A DNA stretch of 64,000 nt from Myxococcota bacterium (GCA_036336835.1 JAYZFK010000032.1:1-64000); one strand, 5' to 3'; positions 21,110-33,662 are shown, counted from the first letter of the stretch. Notes: a model not told the origin generated them from the letters alone. A program made the numbers and translations.

Positions 21110-21150
21110 ATGTTACATCGGATGAAAGAACATGACGATAATAGTAATAT
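21110..21150. promoter_or_regulatory. Inverted-repeat operator candidate for the PaaX-like regulator
   Basis: ATGTTAC (21110-16) N27 GTAATAT (21144-50), 1 mismatch, in an AT-rich divergent intergenic region. Confidence 0.6.
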
Positions 21151-21204
21151 TCTCGGACGATTTCCCCGAGGGGATCCGGGCTGGGCGTGATATCTTGCGC
21201 GCCG

Positions 21205-21726
21205 ATGGCCCCCAAGACCCGCCTGTTCGCGCTCGCGCTCGTGATCGCGCTCCCGCTCGATCAGCTCACCAAGCAGTGGATCGTGCGCAACTTCTACTAC
21301 CGGGAGGTCCAGCCGGTGATCCCCGGCTGGCTCGACCTCACGCATGTCCGGAATCCCGGTGGCGCCTTCAGCTTCTTCGCCTCCGGCGAGCCCGAGATTC
21401 GGCTGGCGTTCTTCATCGGGGCGTCGCTGGTGGCGATCACGATGCTGGTGGTGTTCTTCGTCAAGCTTCCGCGCGACGCGCGTCTGAGCGGGGCCGCGCT
21501 CGGCGCCGTCCTGGGTGGGGCGCTCGGCAACCTGATCGATCGCGTGCTCTACGGCGAGGTGATCGACTGGATCGACGTCCACCTCACGGCGACCTACACC
21601 TGGCCGACGTTCAACGTGGCGGACTCGTGCATCGTCGTCGGTGTCATCGCATTGCTCCTCGAGACGTTCGTGGAGCCGGCGAGCGACGAACCGGGCGACA
21701 CCGCGACAGCCGAGCCGCAGGCCTGA
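21205..21726 (+). CDS. lspA: Lipoprotein signal peptidase II
   Basis: [32 protein letters not shown]. Confidence 0.95.
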   Translation: MAPKTRLFALALVIALPLDQLTKQWIVRNFYYREVQPVIPGWLDLTHVRNPGGAFSFFASGEPEIRLAFFIGASLVAITMLVVFFVKLPRDARLSGAALGAVLGGALGNLIDRVLYGEVIDWIDVHLTATYTWPTFNVADSCIVVGVIALLLETFVEPASDEPGDTATAEPQA

Positions 21727-21730
21727 CGGA

Positions 21731-23695
21731 TCACTCGGGCTGCTCGGCGAGCTCGCGTCGGTTCTGGAAGTGCTCGAGAGCTTCGGGGTTGGCGAGGGCT
21801 TCGGTGTTGGCGACGGGCCGGCCGTGGACGGTATCGCGGACGGCGAGCTCGGTGAGCTTTCCGCTCCGGGTTCGGGGAATGTCGGGGACCTGGAGGATCT
21901 GGGCAGGCACGTGACGCGGGCTGGCGCCGCTGCGGATCGCCTGGCGGATGCGCTCGCGGAGATCGTCGCCGAGCTCGAGATCGGCGCGGAGGACGACGAA
22001 GAGCACGATGCGGACATCGCCCCGCCAGGCCTGGCCGATCGCGATCGATTCGATCACCTCGTCGAGACGCTCGACCGGCCGGTAGATCTCGGCCGTGCCG
22101 ATCCGGACGCCGCCCGGGTTGAGCACGGCGTCCGAGCGGCCCTGGATCACGAAGCCGCCCCGCTCGGTGCGCTCCATCCAGTCGCCGTGGTGCCAGACGC
22201 CGGGGAAGCGCTCGAAGTAGGCCGCGCGAAAACGCGCGCCGTCGTCGTCACCCCAGAAGCCGAGCGGCACGGTCGGGAAGGCGTTGCAACAGACGAGCTC
22301 GCCCGGCTCGCCCTCGACTGCGCGCCCGTCGGGTCCGAAGGTCTCGACCTGCATGCCGAGCGCGGGCGCCTGGATTTCGCCGCGGTAGACGGGTGCGGTC
22401 GGATCGCCGAGCACGAAGCAGCCGAGCAAGTCGGTGCCACCGGAGATCGACGCCAGGTGCGCGTGCGGTGCGACCTTCTGGTAGACGTAGTCGAAGCTCT
22501 CCGGCACCAGGGGCGAGCCGGTCGACAGGATCGTGCGCACCCGCGAGAGATCGTTGCTGCGCGCGGGCTCGACGCCCGACTTGGCACACGAATCGATGAA
22601 CTTCGCCGAGACGCCGAACACATCGGCGCCCTCCTGCTCGGCGAGATCGAACAGTGCTCCAGGAGTGGGGTGGAAGGGCGACCCGTCGTACAGCAGCAGG
22701 GTCGCCTCGCTCGCGAGCCCGCCGACGAGCCAGTTCCACATCATCCAGCCGCAGGTCGTGAAGTAGAACAGCCGCTCGTCGCGCCGCAGGTCGACGTGAA
22801 GGCGCTGCTCCTCGAGATGCTTGAGCAGCGCTCCTCCCGCCGAGTGAACGATGCATTTGGGCTTGCCCGTCGTGCCGGACGAGTACAGCAGGTACAGCGG
22901 GTGCTCGAACGGCAGCCGCTCGAAGCGGAGATCCGCCCCGGCCTCTGCGGCGAGCAGCTCGGCATAGCGAACGGCGCCTGGAAGACCGGCCAGGCGGGCC
23001 TCGGATGGATCATCGAGATAGGGAACGACGACCGTCCGCTCGACGCTCGGGAGCTCGCGCAACAGGCTCGGCATGCGCCCGAGCGTGTCGAAGGCGCGCC
23101 CGTTGTAGCGATATCCATCGGCGCAGAACAGCCAGCGCGGCTCGATCTGCCCGAAGCGATCGACGATGCCGCGCGTGCCGAAATCCGGCGAGCACGAGCT
23201 CCAGATCGCCCCCAGGCTGGTCGCCGCGAGCAGCGCGACGACGGTCTCGGGGACGTTGGGCATCACGGCTGCCACGCGGTCGCCCGGCTCGAGGCCGGCG
23301 GCGCGCATCGACGCCGCGAGCGCTGCTACCTGATCGGCGAGCTCGGCGAACGAAAGCGTTCGCCGCACGCCGTGTTCGCCGCGGAACACGATCGCGAGCG
23401 CAGCGTCGCGGCGGCGCAGCAGGTTCTCGGCGAAGCTCAGCCGCGCGTCGGGAAACCAGCGCGCACCCGGCAAGCGGTCTCCGTCCAGCAGCACCCGCTC
23501 GCTGCCGCGCTCGCCGATGACGCCGCAGGATTCCCAGAGCTCGGCCCAGAAGCGATCCGGCTCGCGAACCGACCAGGCGTGGAACGCCGAATAATCCGGA
23601 AGCGCCTGGCCGGCCAGCTCGCAGGCCCGGGCCCGGAACGCCTCGAGCTGCGTGCCCGCGGCCTTCCCGGGTTCGGGACGCCACAGCGGCTCCAT
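21731..23695 (-). CDS. Acetoacetate--CoA ligase
   Basis: [59 protein letters not shown]. Confidence 0.93.
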   Translation of the reverse strand: MEPLWRPEPGKAAGTQLEAFRARACELAGQALPDYSAFHAWSVREPDRFWAELWESCGVIGERGSERVLLDGDRLPGARWFPDARLSFAENLLRRRDAALAIVFRGEHGVRRTLSFAELADQVAALAASMRAAGLEPGDRVAAVMPNVPETVVALLAATSLGAIWSSCSPDFGTRGIVDRFGQIEPRWLFCADGYRYNGRAFDTLGRMPSLLRELPSVERTVVVPYLDDPSEARLAGLPGAVRYAELLAAEAGADLRFERLPFEHPLYLLYSSGTTGKPKCIVHSAGGALLKHLEEQRLHVDLRRDERLFYFTTCGWMMWNWLVGGLASEATLLLYDGSPFHPTPGALFDLAEQEGADVFGVSAKFIDSCAKSGVEPARSNDLSRVRTILSTGSPLVPESFDYVYQKVAPHAHLASISGGTDLLGCFVLGDPTAPVYRGEIQAPALGMQVETFGPDGRAVEGEPGELVCCNAFPTVPLGFWGDDDGARFRAAYFERFPGVWHHGDWMERTERGGFVIQGRSDAVLNPGGVRIGTAEIYRPVERLDEVIESIAIGQAWRGDVRIVLFVVLRADLELGDDLRERIRQAIRSGASPRHVPAQILQVPDIPRTRSGKLTELAVRDTVHGRPVANTEALANPEALEHFQNRRELAEQPE

Positions 23696-24918
23696 CAGAG
23701 CAGCACCCCCGCGAGGCACGCGGTCATGAACGTCGTGAGCGAGCCCGAGAGGATCGCGCGCAGCCCCAGCTGCGCGACGTCGGAGCGTCGCTCGGGAGCG
23801 ATGCCCCCGAGCCCGCCAAGCAGGATCGCCAGCGATCCGAAGTTGGCGAAGCCGCACAGCGCATAGCTCGCGATCACGGTCGAGCGCGCCGACAACCTGC
23901 CCGCTTCGACCGCGCTTCCGAGGTGCTCGTAGGCGATGAACTCGTTGAGCACCGTCTTCAAGCCGAGCAGGCTGCCGACCGTCGTGGCCTCGGAGGGCGC
24001 GATCCCCATCAAGAGCGCGACGGGCGCGAGCGCGTAGCCGAGCAGCAGCTGGAAGGTCAGCCCCGGAAAGCCGAGCCAGGCGCCGAGGCTGCCGAGCGCC
24101 CCGTTCAGCAGCGCGATCAACGCGACGAACACGATCAGCAAGGCACCGACACTGGCTGCCAGGCGGAGCCCGTTGATCGCACCGAGCGCCGCGGCGTCGA
24201 TCACGTTCACACTCTCGACTTCGATTGCGACGCTCGCCGCGCCCGCGGTCGCGGGGACCTCGGTCTCGGGCTCCATGATCTTCGCGATCAGCAAGCCGGC
24301 GGGCGCCGCCATCAGGCTCGCCGTCACGAGGTGCCCGGCATAGCCCTCGCCGAGCATCGCGGCGTAGGCGACCAATACCGAGCCGGCGACGGTGCCCATC
24401 CCGAGCGTCATCAGCGCGAACAGCTCGGACTTCGTCATGGTCGGCAGGTATGGCTTGACCACGAGCGCCGATTCGACCATGCCCACGAACACGTTCGCCA
24501 CGGCGGCGAGGCTCTCCGCGCCCGACAGCCGCATCGTGCGCGAGAGCACGAAGGCGAGCGCGTTGACGATCCGCTGGGCGATGCCCAGGTGATAGAGCAC
24601 CGAGAAGATGCTCCCCATGACCAGGATGATCGGCAGCACCTGGGTCAGCAAGGACGGACGGTTCAGCTCGCGGAAGACGAACTGGACGCCCTCGTTCGTG
24701 TAGGCGACCAGGCCGCCGACGACGACCTCCACAGCGACGAAGAAGGCCGCGCCGAGATCGGTCAGCAACAGCACGCACGCCAGCCCGAGCTGCAGCGCGA
24801 TGCCCCACCCGACGGTGCGCCACGCGATGCGCTTGCGGTTGCGTGACACCAGCCAGGCGATCGCGATCATGCTGAGAAAGCCGAAGGCCGAGACCGCCCG
24901 CAAGCCGAGGTCACTCAT
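23695..24918 (-). CDS. nupC: Concentrative nucleoside transporter (CNT/NupC family)
   Basis: SGAES....NVFVG..ES, TVAGSV, KTVLNEFIAY, YALCGFANFGS. Confidence 0.92.
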   Translation of the reverse strand: MSDLGLRAVSAFGFLSMIAIAWLVSRNRKRIAWRTVGWGIALQLGLACVLLLTDLGAAFFVAVEVVVGGLVAYTNEGVQFVFRELNRPSLLTQVLPIILVMGSIFSVLYHLGIAQRIVNALAFVLSRTMRLSGAESLAAVANVFVGMVESALVVKPYLPTMTKSELFALMTLGMGTVAGSVLVAYAAMLGEGYAGHLVTASLMAAPAGLLIAKIMEPETEVPATAGAASVAIEVESVNVIDAAALGAINGLRLAASVGALLIVFVALIALLNGALGSLGAWLGFPGLTFQLLLGYALAPVALLMGIAPSEATTVGSLLGLKTVLNEFIAYEHLGSAVEAGRLSARSTVIASYALCGFANFGSLAILLGGLGGIAPERRSDVAQLGLRAILSGSLTTFMTACLAGVLL

Positions 24919-25571
24919 ACGCTCCCTCCCGCGTCGAAGCTAGCGACCATCTCGCGCGTCGCGGCCGCCGGATCGTCGGCACCGATCACGGCGGAGATGA
25001 CCGCGATGCCGCGTGCGCCCGCGGCGGCGACCTGTGAGGCGTTGTCGGCGGCGATCCCCCCGATGGCGACGACGGGCCGCGCGCCTGCGAGGGCGACGAT
25101 CTCCCGCAACGCGGCGAGACCCCGAGCAGCGTAGGGCGATGCCTTCGAGGCCGTCTCGAACAGGGGTCCGAAGGCGATGTAGTCCACCTGCTCGTCGATC
25201 GCGGCCAGCGCCTGCTGGCGCGTGTGGGTCGAGCGCCCAATTGCGAGCCGCGCGCGCGCCGCGCTCGGTAGCGCGGACGGGGGCAGGTCGTCCTGGCCGA
25301 GGTGGACCGCGTCGGCCTCCGCCAGCAGCGCCAGGTCGAAGCGGTCGTTGACCACGAAGCGAGCGCCGGCCTCGCGAGTCAGCGCGCGAATCGCCTTGCC
25401 CCACTCTGCGGCGCGCGCATCGCTCGCATGCTTCGTTCGCAGCTGGACGACCGGAGCTCCGCCCCGGCACGCCGCGGCCGCCTGTTCTCTCGGGTCGCGA
25501 GACCAGCGCGGGTCGTCGTCGACCAGCACGTGGAGCCCGGCGAAGGCCGTCGGCTCGCAGCGCGTGCTCAA
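24915..25571 (-). CDS. thiE: Thiamine-phosphate synthase
   Basis: VQLRTK, VNDRFDLA, HLGQDD, GRSTH, TASK, VAIGGI. Start uncertain. Confidence 0.92.
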   Translation of the reverse strand: MSTRCEPTAFAGLHVLVDDDPRWSRDPREQAAAACRGGAPVVQLRTKHASDARAAEWGKAIRALTREAGARFVVNDRFDLALLAEADAVHLGQDDLPPSALPSAARARLAIGRSTHTRQQALAAIDEQVDYIAFGPLFETASKASPYAARGLAALREIVALAGARPVVAIGGIAADNASQVAAAGARGIAVISAVIGADDPAAATREMVASFDAGGSV

Positions 25572-27007
25572 TGGCGGCTGCGCCGAGGGAGCGCCATGTC
25601 GAACTCCGAGATCTTCTTGCGCAGGGTATTGCGGTTGATTCCGAGCAGTGCGGCGGCGCGGATCTGGTTGCCGCCGGTATGCTCCAACACCGCCGCCAGC
25701 AGCGGCCGCTCGACCTGCTCGATCAGCTCGCGGTACAGATGGCCCGTCGCCTCGTCGGCGAGCAGCGCACGCGTCTCGCGCTCGACGAGCCCCGCCAGGT
25801 TACTCGCCTCGTTGCTGCCCGTCGCCGCGCTCAGGAACTCGAAGTCCTCCGCGGCCAGCACCCCTCCCGACGACAACACCAACGCGCGGCGGATAGAGTT
25901 CTCGAGCTCGCGCACGTTACCCGGCCAGTTGTGTGCTTCGAGTCGCTCGATCCCGGAGTCGGCGATGCCGCGATGACCGCCGGCGAGCTCGAGCGCATAG
26001 CGAGCGATGAAGTGTTCGGTGAGCGCGCGGATGTCTTCGAGTCGTGCGCGCAGCGGCGGCAGCACCACTGGTACCACGCGAAGCCGGTACAACAGGTCCT
26101 CGCGGAAGGAGCCGTCGCGCACCGCGATGTCGAGGTCTCGATTCGTGGCCGCGACGATGCGGACATCGACGATTTCGGGCTTGCGCCCACCGACCGATGT
26201 GACCTCGCCGTCCTGAAGGACGCGCAGCAGCTTCGCCTGGAGATCGAGCGACATGTCGCCAATTTCGTCGAGGAACAGCGTCCCTCCCGAGGTTTCGCGG
26301 AAGCACCCCGGCCGCGAGTCCGTGGCACCCGTGAACGCGCCCCTCTCGTGCCCGAACAGCTCGCTCTCGAGCAGCTCGCGCGGGATTGCCGCGGCGTTGA
26401 CGGGAGTGAACGGTCCCGCGCTGCGAGTGCTGGCCGAATGGATGGCGCGAGCGATCAGTTCCTTGCCTGTCCCGCTCTCACCGGTCACGAGCACTGGGAC
26501 GTTGCGGGCCGCCACCTTGCCCACCGTCTTGAAGGCCTCGAGCAGGGCCGGGCTCCGTCCGACGAGACGTTTGCCACCCGGCGCGAGCGATCGACCGACC
26601 TCGCGCCGCAGAGCGCGTACCTCGAGCTCGAGCGCGTGCGAGCGCAGCGTCTTGTTGGTGAGCGCGTGCACCTCCGCCAGCGTGAACGGCTTGGACAGGT
26701 AGTCGAGTGCACCGAGCTTCATCGCCTGGACCGCACTCTCGAAAGTCGACTGCGCCGTGAGGATCACGACCGAGACGTCGGACGCCGCGGTCCGCAGTCG
26801 CTCGAGTACCTCGAGTCCCGTCGCCCCGGGCATGCGGATGTCGAGGAAGGCGATGTCGAACTCGTTGTGTTCGAGCGCCTCGAGTGCAGCGAGACCGTCG
26901 GCGACCGCGGTCACCTCGTGCCCCTTCGCTTCGAGTGCCTCGCGCAGCACGAAACGGATCGATTCCTCGTCGTCCGCCACCAGGATGCGCGCCTGGGTTC
27001 GTTCCAT
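25568..27007 (-). CDS. ntrC: Sigma54-dependent response regulator, NtrC-like
   Basis: REC (ADDEE, LDIRMP), GESGTGKE, GAFTGA, FLDEIGD, WPGNVREL, GNQIRAA.LLGINRNTLRKK Fis-type HTH. Confidence 0.88.
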   Translation of the reverse strand: MERTQARILVADDEESIRFVLREALEAKGHEVTAVADGLAALEALEHNEFDIAFLDIRMPGATGLEVLERLRTAASDVSVVILTAQSTFESAVQAMKLGALDYLSKPFTLAEVHALTNKTLRSHALELEVRALRREVGRSLAPGGKRLVGRSPALLEAFKTVGKVAARNVPVLVTGESGTGKELIARAIHSASTRSAGPFTPVNAAAIPRELLESELFGHERGAFTGATDSRPGCFRETSGGTLFLDEIGDMSLDLQAKLLRVLQDGEVTSVGGRKPEIVDVRIVAATNRDLDIAVRDGSFREDLLYRLRVVPVVLPPLRARLEDIRALTEHFIARYALELAGGHRGIADSGIERLEAHNWPGNVRELENSIRRALVLSSGGVLAAEDFEFLSAATGSNEASNLAGLVERETRALLADEATGHLYRELIEQVERPLLAAVLEHTGGNQIRAAALLGINRNTLRKKISEFDMALPRRSRH

Positions 27008-27009
27008 CT

Positions 27010-28125
<1,116 letters not shown>

Positions 28126-28129
28126 GGGG

Positions 28130-28148
28130 GTGCCTAATTCTTGAGCAC
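28130..28148. promoter_or_regulatory. NtrC-type binding site candidate
   Basis: GTGCCTAATTCTTGAGCAC = TGC-N11-GCA with AT-rich core, just upstream of the ntrB start. Confidence 0.65.
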
Positions 28149-28262
28149 TTTAGCGGGCTGCCCGCCTGGGACCAACCCGGTGCGCCGCCGGTCCGCCCTC
28201 GCAACCCCACGATTCGCAACACGGATTCCCGGCCGCCTTGCGCGCGCGGTAGTGTTGGGAGG

Positions 28263-29519
28263 ATGCGAGAAGGTCTCGAGGTCACGGAGGCACAGCAGGC
28301 CATCCTCGAGCGCACGCCGGTACTCGAGCCAGAGACCGTGGCGGTGCGCGACGCGCTGGGGAGGGTCCTGGCCCGGCCGGTCGAGTCGGCGCGAACGCTG
28401 CCTCCGACCGACGGCTCGGCGATGGACGGCTTCGCGGTGCGGGCCGTCGATCTCGCCGGAGCCAGCACGGCCGCCCCGGTCGAGCTGGCGGTCGTCTACG
28501 AGGTGGCAGCCGGCCATCAGGCTCCCCGCCCGATCGAGCCGGGGGAGGCGGCGCGCATCTTCACAGGGGCTCCGGTGCCGCCCGGAGCCGACACGGTCGT
28601 GCGCCAGGAGGATGCCGAGGCCGAGCGGGATCGCGTGCGCATCGCGATCGATCCCCCGCTGCGCGCGCACATCCGAGACGCCGGAGAGGACGTGCGCGCC
28701 GGCGACCTGGTGCTCGACGCGGGTCACGTGATCCGCGCCCCCGAGATCGGCCTGCTCGCGTCACTGGGTCGCAGCGTGGTCGCCGTTCGGCAGCGGCCAC
28801 GCGTCGCGATCCTCTCGGGCGGCGACGAGCTCGTCGAGCCGGACGAAGACGTTGCGGGTGGTCGGATCGTGTCGTCCAACTCGTACACCCTGGCGGCGCA
28901 ATGCCTGGACGCCGGGGCCGACCCCGTCTATCTGGGCATTGCGCGTGACGAGCCCGAGGAGCTCGAGCGCTATCTGCGCGCCGGTGCGCGTGCCGACTGC
29001 ATCGTCACCTCCGCCGGCGTCTCCGTCGGGGACCACGACTACGTCCGCCCCGTGCTCGAGCAGCTCGGTTGCACGCTCCACTTCTGGGGCGTGAAGATGA
29101 AGCCCGGCTTCCCGCTCGCGTTCGGCAGCTTCGACGACGTGCGTGGCCCCCTGGTGTTCGGCCTGCCCGGCAATCCCGTCTCGGCGAGCGTGACCTTCGA
29201 ACAGTTCGTGCGACCCGCTCTGCGCAAGATGACGGGCCACCGCGCGCTCTTCCGTGCCACGCTCTCCGCGCGGCTCGACCACGACCTCGACAAGCATGCC
29301 GGCCGTCTCCACTTCGTGCGCGTGCGGCTCGAGCGCGAGGGGGACGACTGGGTCGCGAGCAGCACCGGCAATCAGAGTTCGGGTGTGTTGCGGTCCCTGA
29401 CCCGGGCGCAGGGGCTGCTGGTGTTCCCGGCCGAGGCGACCCAGCTGCGCAAGGGCGAGCGAGCGACGGTGCAGCTGCTCGACGACAGCTTCCTGGCGAG
29501 CACGACGCCGGGCTTCTGA
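28263..29519 (+). CDS. moeA: Molybdopterin molybdenumtransferase
   Basis: SAMDGFAV, RIFTGAPVP.GAD, GDEL, GVSVGD.D, GLPGNPVS, QSSG. Confidence 0.95.
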   Translation: MREGLEVTEAQQAILERTPVLEPETVAVRDALGRVLARPVESARTLPPTDGSAMDGFAVRAVDLAGASTAAPVELAVVYEVAAGHQAPRPIEPGEAARIFTGAPVPPGADTVVRQEDAEAERDRVRIAIDPPLRAHIRDAGEDVRAGDLVLDAGHVIRAPEIGLLASLGRSVVAVRQRPRVAILSGGDELVEPDEDVAGGRIVSSNSYTLAAQCLDAGADPVYLGIARDEPEELERYLRAGARADCIVTSAGVSVGDHDYVRPVLEQLGCTLHFWGVKMKPGFPLAFGSFDDVRGPLVFGLPGNPVSASVTFEQFVRPALRKMTGHRALFRATLSARLDHDLDKHAGRLHFVRVRLEREGDDWVASSTGNQSSGVLRSLTRAQGLLVFPAEATQLRKGERATVQLLDDSFLASTTPGF

Positions 29520-29559
29520 GCCCGGCTGTGCTCTCGCAGTCCGGGCCCGCTGCGATCGC

Positions 29560-30054
29560 TCAGCGCCGCCGTGAGCCCGGTCGCAGCAGCGCGCTGGTGC
29601 TGACGCCCGGCACTTCGCGCAGTCGCACCACGCGGCCGCCCCAGCTCTCGACCTCGTTGCGGCCGACGATCTGGTCGAGCGGCCAGTCGCCACCCTTTGC
29701 GAGGACGTCGGGTCGCAAGGCTTCGATGGTGCGCAGGGGCGTATCGGCGCGGAATACGACGACCCAGTCGACGCTCGCAAGCGCGGCCAGCACCTCGGCC
29801 CGCTGCTTTGCCGGGACGCGCGGCCGCCCCGAGCCCTTGAGCCGGCGCACGCTGGCATCGGAGTTGACCGCGACGATCAGCCGATCGCCGAGCGACCGCG
29901 CCTGCTCCAGGCTGCGCACGTGGCCGACGTGGAGCCAGTCGAAGCAGCCGTTGGTGAAGACGACGCATTGGCCCGCGCGCTGGGCGGCACGCACGTGTCG
30001 CCGTGCCGTCTCGAGCGGGAGGACCGCCTGCCTGGCTCGTCGAGCTCGCTTCAC
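29560..30054 (-). CDS. rfaE2: ADP-heptose synthase adenylyltransferase domain (RfaE2/HldE-C)
   Basis: [32 protein letters not shown]. Confidence 0.88.
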   Translation of the reverse strand: MKRARRARQAVLPLETARRHVRAAQRAGQCVVFTNGCFDWLHVGHVRSLEQARSLGDRLIVAVNSDASVRRLKGSGRPRVPAKQRAEVLAALASVDWVVVFRADTPLRTIEALRPDVLAKGGDWPLDQIVGRNEVESWGGRVVRLREVPGVSTSALLRPGSRRR

Positions 30055-32816
30055 CTCGGACCTCCGTTGTTGTGCTGGCGACGGGTTGCCGTGCGTGAGA
30101 AGAGCCCCTGGAGCGCGTCGAAGGGCTGTCGGAGCACCGCGGGCAGCGGCACACCCTCGGCGATCGATTTCATCGGCAGCGGACGAATCGTGGGATGGTC
30201 GAGTGGGCCGGTGGCCTCGAAGTATGCACCGATCAGGCCCCGGTCCGACCCCGGAACCAGCAGGTTGACCAGCGGAATGTTGCCGAGCAGCTGGTCGGCC
30301 TGTCGCAACAGGAAGAAGGCGAAGGTTGCGTCGATCGGGACCGGGTCCTGGTTCAGATCGACCGCACCCGACGCGACGATGCGAAGCGGGCCCTCGAGCG
30401 CGAAGCGATCGGTCGACAGCAGTCCGCGCTGGAAGTCGATGTGGGCCTCGATCTGCTCGTACTGCAGCGTCTCACTGGCTGCGGCCGGGCTCCAGCCTTC
30501 GATTGCGTGCGCGACGGCGGCGAGCAGCGGCACCTGCTGCTGAATCTCGCCGTCCTGCGCGTCGATCGCGATCCGACCAACGAGTTCGCCAATCAGGTCG
30601 GAATCCGGACGCACCGGGCCGGCGAGCTCTGCGTGCATGTCGGCGCGGCCGGTCGCAAAGCCGGGTGAGAGACCGAACAGCTGGGCCACGCGGTCCGCGT
30701 CTGCCCCTGCGACGACGAGATCGACCCCCACGGGCACCTCTCCCTTGCGGTCGAGGGCGAAGCTCGCCGAGCCCTCCAGGCTTCCGCCTCCGGCCAGGCT
30801 CGCCTCGACCTGGCTCACTGCGAGCGTCTGTCCGCGCAGCGCAAAGATTCCCTCGACCTGCTCCAATACGAAGGAACCGGCGTTGATCCCCGTGGTTGTG
30901 ATGCGGCCGCGGGCCCACGCCGCGTCGCGCTCCACCTCTTTTCTCTCCGCCGGATCGCCGGGCTCAGCGGCTGCGAGCCCGAGCTCGGCAGCCGGCTCGG
31001 GTGTCGCCGCGGCCTCTGCGCCCGCGAGTACGAGCTCGATGCGCAGCGCGGGATCGGGGCCGCGATCGAGAATCGCTTCGCCCAGGATCGGATGCCCGGC
31101 CCATTCTCCCTGGCTGATCGAAAGGTGGAGATCGCGCTCGGTCGGGTCGATCTCGATGCGGGCATTCCGGATCGGCCAGCGCAGGGCCGGGTGCTGCAGC
31201 TCGTCCAGCTGTACGCGAATCGCGGCGGGCGGATGGCCCGGCTGGGCGTCCCGCTCGCCGCGCACGATGTCCCAGAGCGTGCCGAGCCCCGGCAGGGGTC
31301 GGGCGCGGCGCGTGAGCCGCTGGTCCTCGAGAGTCGGTCCGAGCAGGCGGGAGACGCCGCGCACCGCGAAGTCGATGAGCGGCAGGGGCTCGCCGTTGTA
31401 GTGGGCCTGCAATCCGTGCATCTCGAAGGTCTCGCCACTGAAGGTGAGCCGCGCCGATACGTCGCTCATGGTGTCGGTCGGGCTGGTCCCGAACGTCACG
31501 TCGTCGATGTCGGCGAAGACGCGCAGCGTGCTCGGCAGGGAGCCGCGGCGGCCCCGCAGCAGCTCGATCCACTCGTCGAGCCGAGCTCCACCGCGCACGC
31601 CGACTCTGCGAACGTGGCCGCTGCGGATCCGGTCGAGCATCTCGAGGAAGGGTTTGGCCTCTGCTGGTGGCAGTCCCATGGCCAGGCGTCGCAGATCCCC
31701 GAGCTCGGTGCGCGACAGATCGGCGCGCAGCGTCACCAGCGATTCGGGCCTCAGTGGGCGGGAGGCGCTGCCGCGTAGGCGGACCTCGAGCGACTGTCCC
31801 CGGAGCCGGGCGGACTCGAGCCGCAGGCGGCGCGGCTCGAGACTGAGCCGGACCTGGAGCGTCTCGAGCGCTGAGGAGAGCTTGATCCGACTGCTGCCGA
31901 GCGGCGTCTCGCTCTCGAGGTCGTCGAAGGTCCAGTCGAGCTCGATCAGGCCGCGGTCGCGCTGCGGTGTCACGATCGCCACCACGCCGGTGACGCGGCC
32001 GGCGATGTCGCCCTGTTCGGTCGAGACCAGGTAGGGACGCAGACTGCGGAGTTCGATGCCGGTAAACGCCACGGTGACGTGCAGGTCGCGGTCGTCGTCG
32101 CGCCAGCGCCCCGCCAGCTCGATCGGGGCCGGTCGTCCGCTGGGGCCCAGCCAGGTCCCGGTCCCCTCGATGTCGCTCTCGCCGCGCAGCCAGCTTCGGT
32201 CGAGCTTGGCGTCGATGCCCTCCACTCGCAGCGCCGCGGGTGCCGTGGTGCCTTGCCGGGCTCCTGCATCGACCAGCGTGACGGCCGCATCCCGGAGCAC
32301 GATGTCGTCGGCCACGCGCTGGTCGCGCAGCAGGAAGTGCGCGCTCTCGATCAGGCCGCGGAGGCCGCTCAGCCGGCTCTCCAGATCGCTGTCGTCGGCG
32401 CGCTGGGCATCGATCTCGGTTCGGCTGCGGAAGTAGGGTGGGCCCCAGGTGCCCTCACTGTCGCGCTGCAGGTCGAGCTGCAGGCCCTCGATCTCGAGCC
32501 GGGCGATCCGCAGCCGGCCGATCAGCAGGCTCGTGGTCTCGAAGCTCGCGCTGGCGTGCGCCGCGGAGACGGCCGCATCCTTCCCCGAGGAGTATGCCAC
32601 TCGGATCTGGGTCCCATGGACCTCGAGCCCGTAGCGCAGCCGGAGCGCGATCCGTTCGATCTGGACATCCGCGCCGAGCAACAGGCCGAGCTGGAACTCG
32701 GCTTCCTCGCGCATCCAACGCTGTCCGATCTGGCTCGAGACGAGGAACCCGAGCCCCACCGCCAGGCCGAACAGGGCGGTTCCCACCGCCAGTCGAAGTA
32801 CGGATCGCCGTGACAA
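30051..32816 (-). CDS. AsmA/YhdP-like large envelope protein
   Basis: N-terminal TM anchor, long beta-rich body, AsmA-like C-terminus (..G.VDL....D...NIPLVN..GP.D.P). Confidence 0.65.
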   Translation of the reverse strand: MSRRSVLRLAVGTALFGLAVGLGFLVSSQIGQRWMREEAEFQLGLLLGADVQIERIALRLRYGLEVHGTQIRVAYSSGKDAAVSAAHASASFETTSLLIGRLRIARLEIEGLQLDLQRDSEGTWGPPYFRSRTEIDAQRADDSDLESRLSGLRGLIESAHFLLRDQRVADDIVLRDAAVTLVDAGARQGTTAPAALRVEGIDAKLDRSWLRGESDIEGTGTWLGPSGRPAPIELAGRWRDDDRDLHVTVAFTGIELRSLRPYLVSTEQGDIAGRVTGVVAIVTPQRDRGLIELDWTFDDLESETPLGSSRIKLSSALETLQVRLSLEPRRLRLESARLRGQSLEVRLRGSASRPLRPESLVTLRADLSRTELGDLRRLAMGLPPAEAKPFLEMLDRIRSGHVRRVGVRGGARLDEWIELLRGRRGSLPSTLRVFADIDDVTFGTSPTDTMSDVSARLTFSGETFEMHGLQAHYNGEPLPLIDFAVRGVSRLLGPTLEDQRLTRRARPLPGLGTLWDIVRGERDAQPGHPPAAIRVQLDELQHPALRWPIRNARIEIDPTERDLHLSISQGEWAGHPILGEAILDRGPDPALRIELVLAGAEAAATPEPAAELGLAAAEPGDPAERKEVERDAAWARGRITTTGINAGSFVLEQVEGIFALRGQTLAVSQVEASLAGGGSLEGSASFALDRKGEVPVGVDLVVAGADADRVAQLFGLSPGFATGRADMHAELAGPVRPDSDLIGELVGRIAIDAQDGEIQQQVPLLAAVAHAIEGWSPAAASETLQYEQIEAHIDFQRGLLSTDRFALEGPLRIVASGAVDLNQDPVPIDATFAFFLLRQADQLLGNIPLVNLLVPGSDRGLIGAYFEATGPLDHPTIRPLPMKSIAEGVPLPAVLRQPFDALQGLFSRTATRRQHNNGGPR

Positions 32817-33044
32817 GGCGCGTCCTCTCCTCGATCGCTCACCAGGCCGCCAGACCGAAAGTACGGAACGGCACAGGGCGCCAGGCTAGCAGTGCTCCAG
32901 TCAGGAGCTTCGACGTGAGTTCGGCGCTTCCGGATCAGCCCTGAGTGCCGATTCCGCGGGCTCCAATGCCCACGGCGTGCCGGTGGTTCGCGGCGTCGAG
33001 GCGGCCGTGCTGCGTACTCGCGATGTCTAATTGACCCTCATGAT

Positions 33045-33074
33045 AGGTCTCGGATACGCAGGTCTCGGATACGC
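33045..33074. repeat. Perfect 15-bp tandem direct repeat AGGTCTCGGATACGC x2
   Basis: 33045-33059 and 33060-33074 are identical. Confidence 0.9.
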
Positions 33075-33269
33075 GGCTCGCGGGTCGATCCGTGCATTCC
33101 GCCACGCGGAATTCAACCGACTGCATTCGCACTGCGCTGGAATTGCGAGTTCGCCCCTTTTCCCTAAAGGATCGGGTTCGGTGGCCCGAACTGCTGGAGC
33201 GTGTTTCGAACGGCTACCGGGACCAAACCCGGAGCGTAATTGCACCGGGAGTAGGACCGAATGGATTCG

Positions 33270-33551
33270 ATGAGCAATCAGGACGACGCTGGAACGCAGG
33301 TGCAGAAGATGATCAACCGCGTCCGGGAATTCCGCGAGAACAAGCTCATGACCCAGGCTCAGCTCGCTCGCAAGGCGAAGGTGGCACTGCGCACCATCCA
33401 CAGTGTCGAGAAGGGCATGAACTGTCGCATGGACACCAAGCGGAAGATCCTCCTCGCCCTCGGGCTGCGCTTCGAGGACAAGGAGCTCGTGTTTCCGAGC
33501 AACAGGCCGTCGTTCTTCAATCCGCTGATGGATCGCCCCGCCACCCACTAG
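33270..33551 (+). CDS. Small XRE/HTH_3 transcriptional regulator
   Basis: NRVREFRENKLMTQAQLARKAKVALRTIHSVEKG..CRMDTKRKILLALG. Start could be 33261, 33270 or 33309. Confidence 0.85.
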   Translation: MSNQDDAGTQVQKMINRVREFRENKLMTQAQLARKAKVALRTIHSVEKGMNCRMDTKRKILLALGLRFEDKELVFPSNRPSFFNPLMDRPATH

Positions 33552-33662
33552 GGCCACCAGCCCTCCTGCTACGATCACGGTGACCGGGATCTACGGGCTC
33601 CTGCTCGAGCAGGGCGGGTGTGCCTGTGGCTCCACGGCCCCGCCCTTCGCAATGGGGCGGGT

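Noticed and set aside
19248..21215. Apparent N-terminal extensions or fusions in the ORF track (desaturase, acetoacetate-CoA ligase, MutS-like, GNAT, DUF374)
   Set aside because: The extensions run through the upstream gene in another frame; real starts sit at stop/start overlaps.
33045..33074. Tandem repeat as a CRISPR array
   Set aside because: Only two adjacent 15-bp copies, no spacers and no cas genes.
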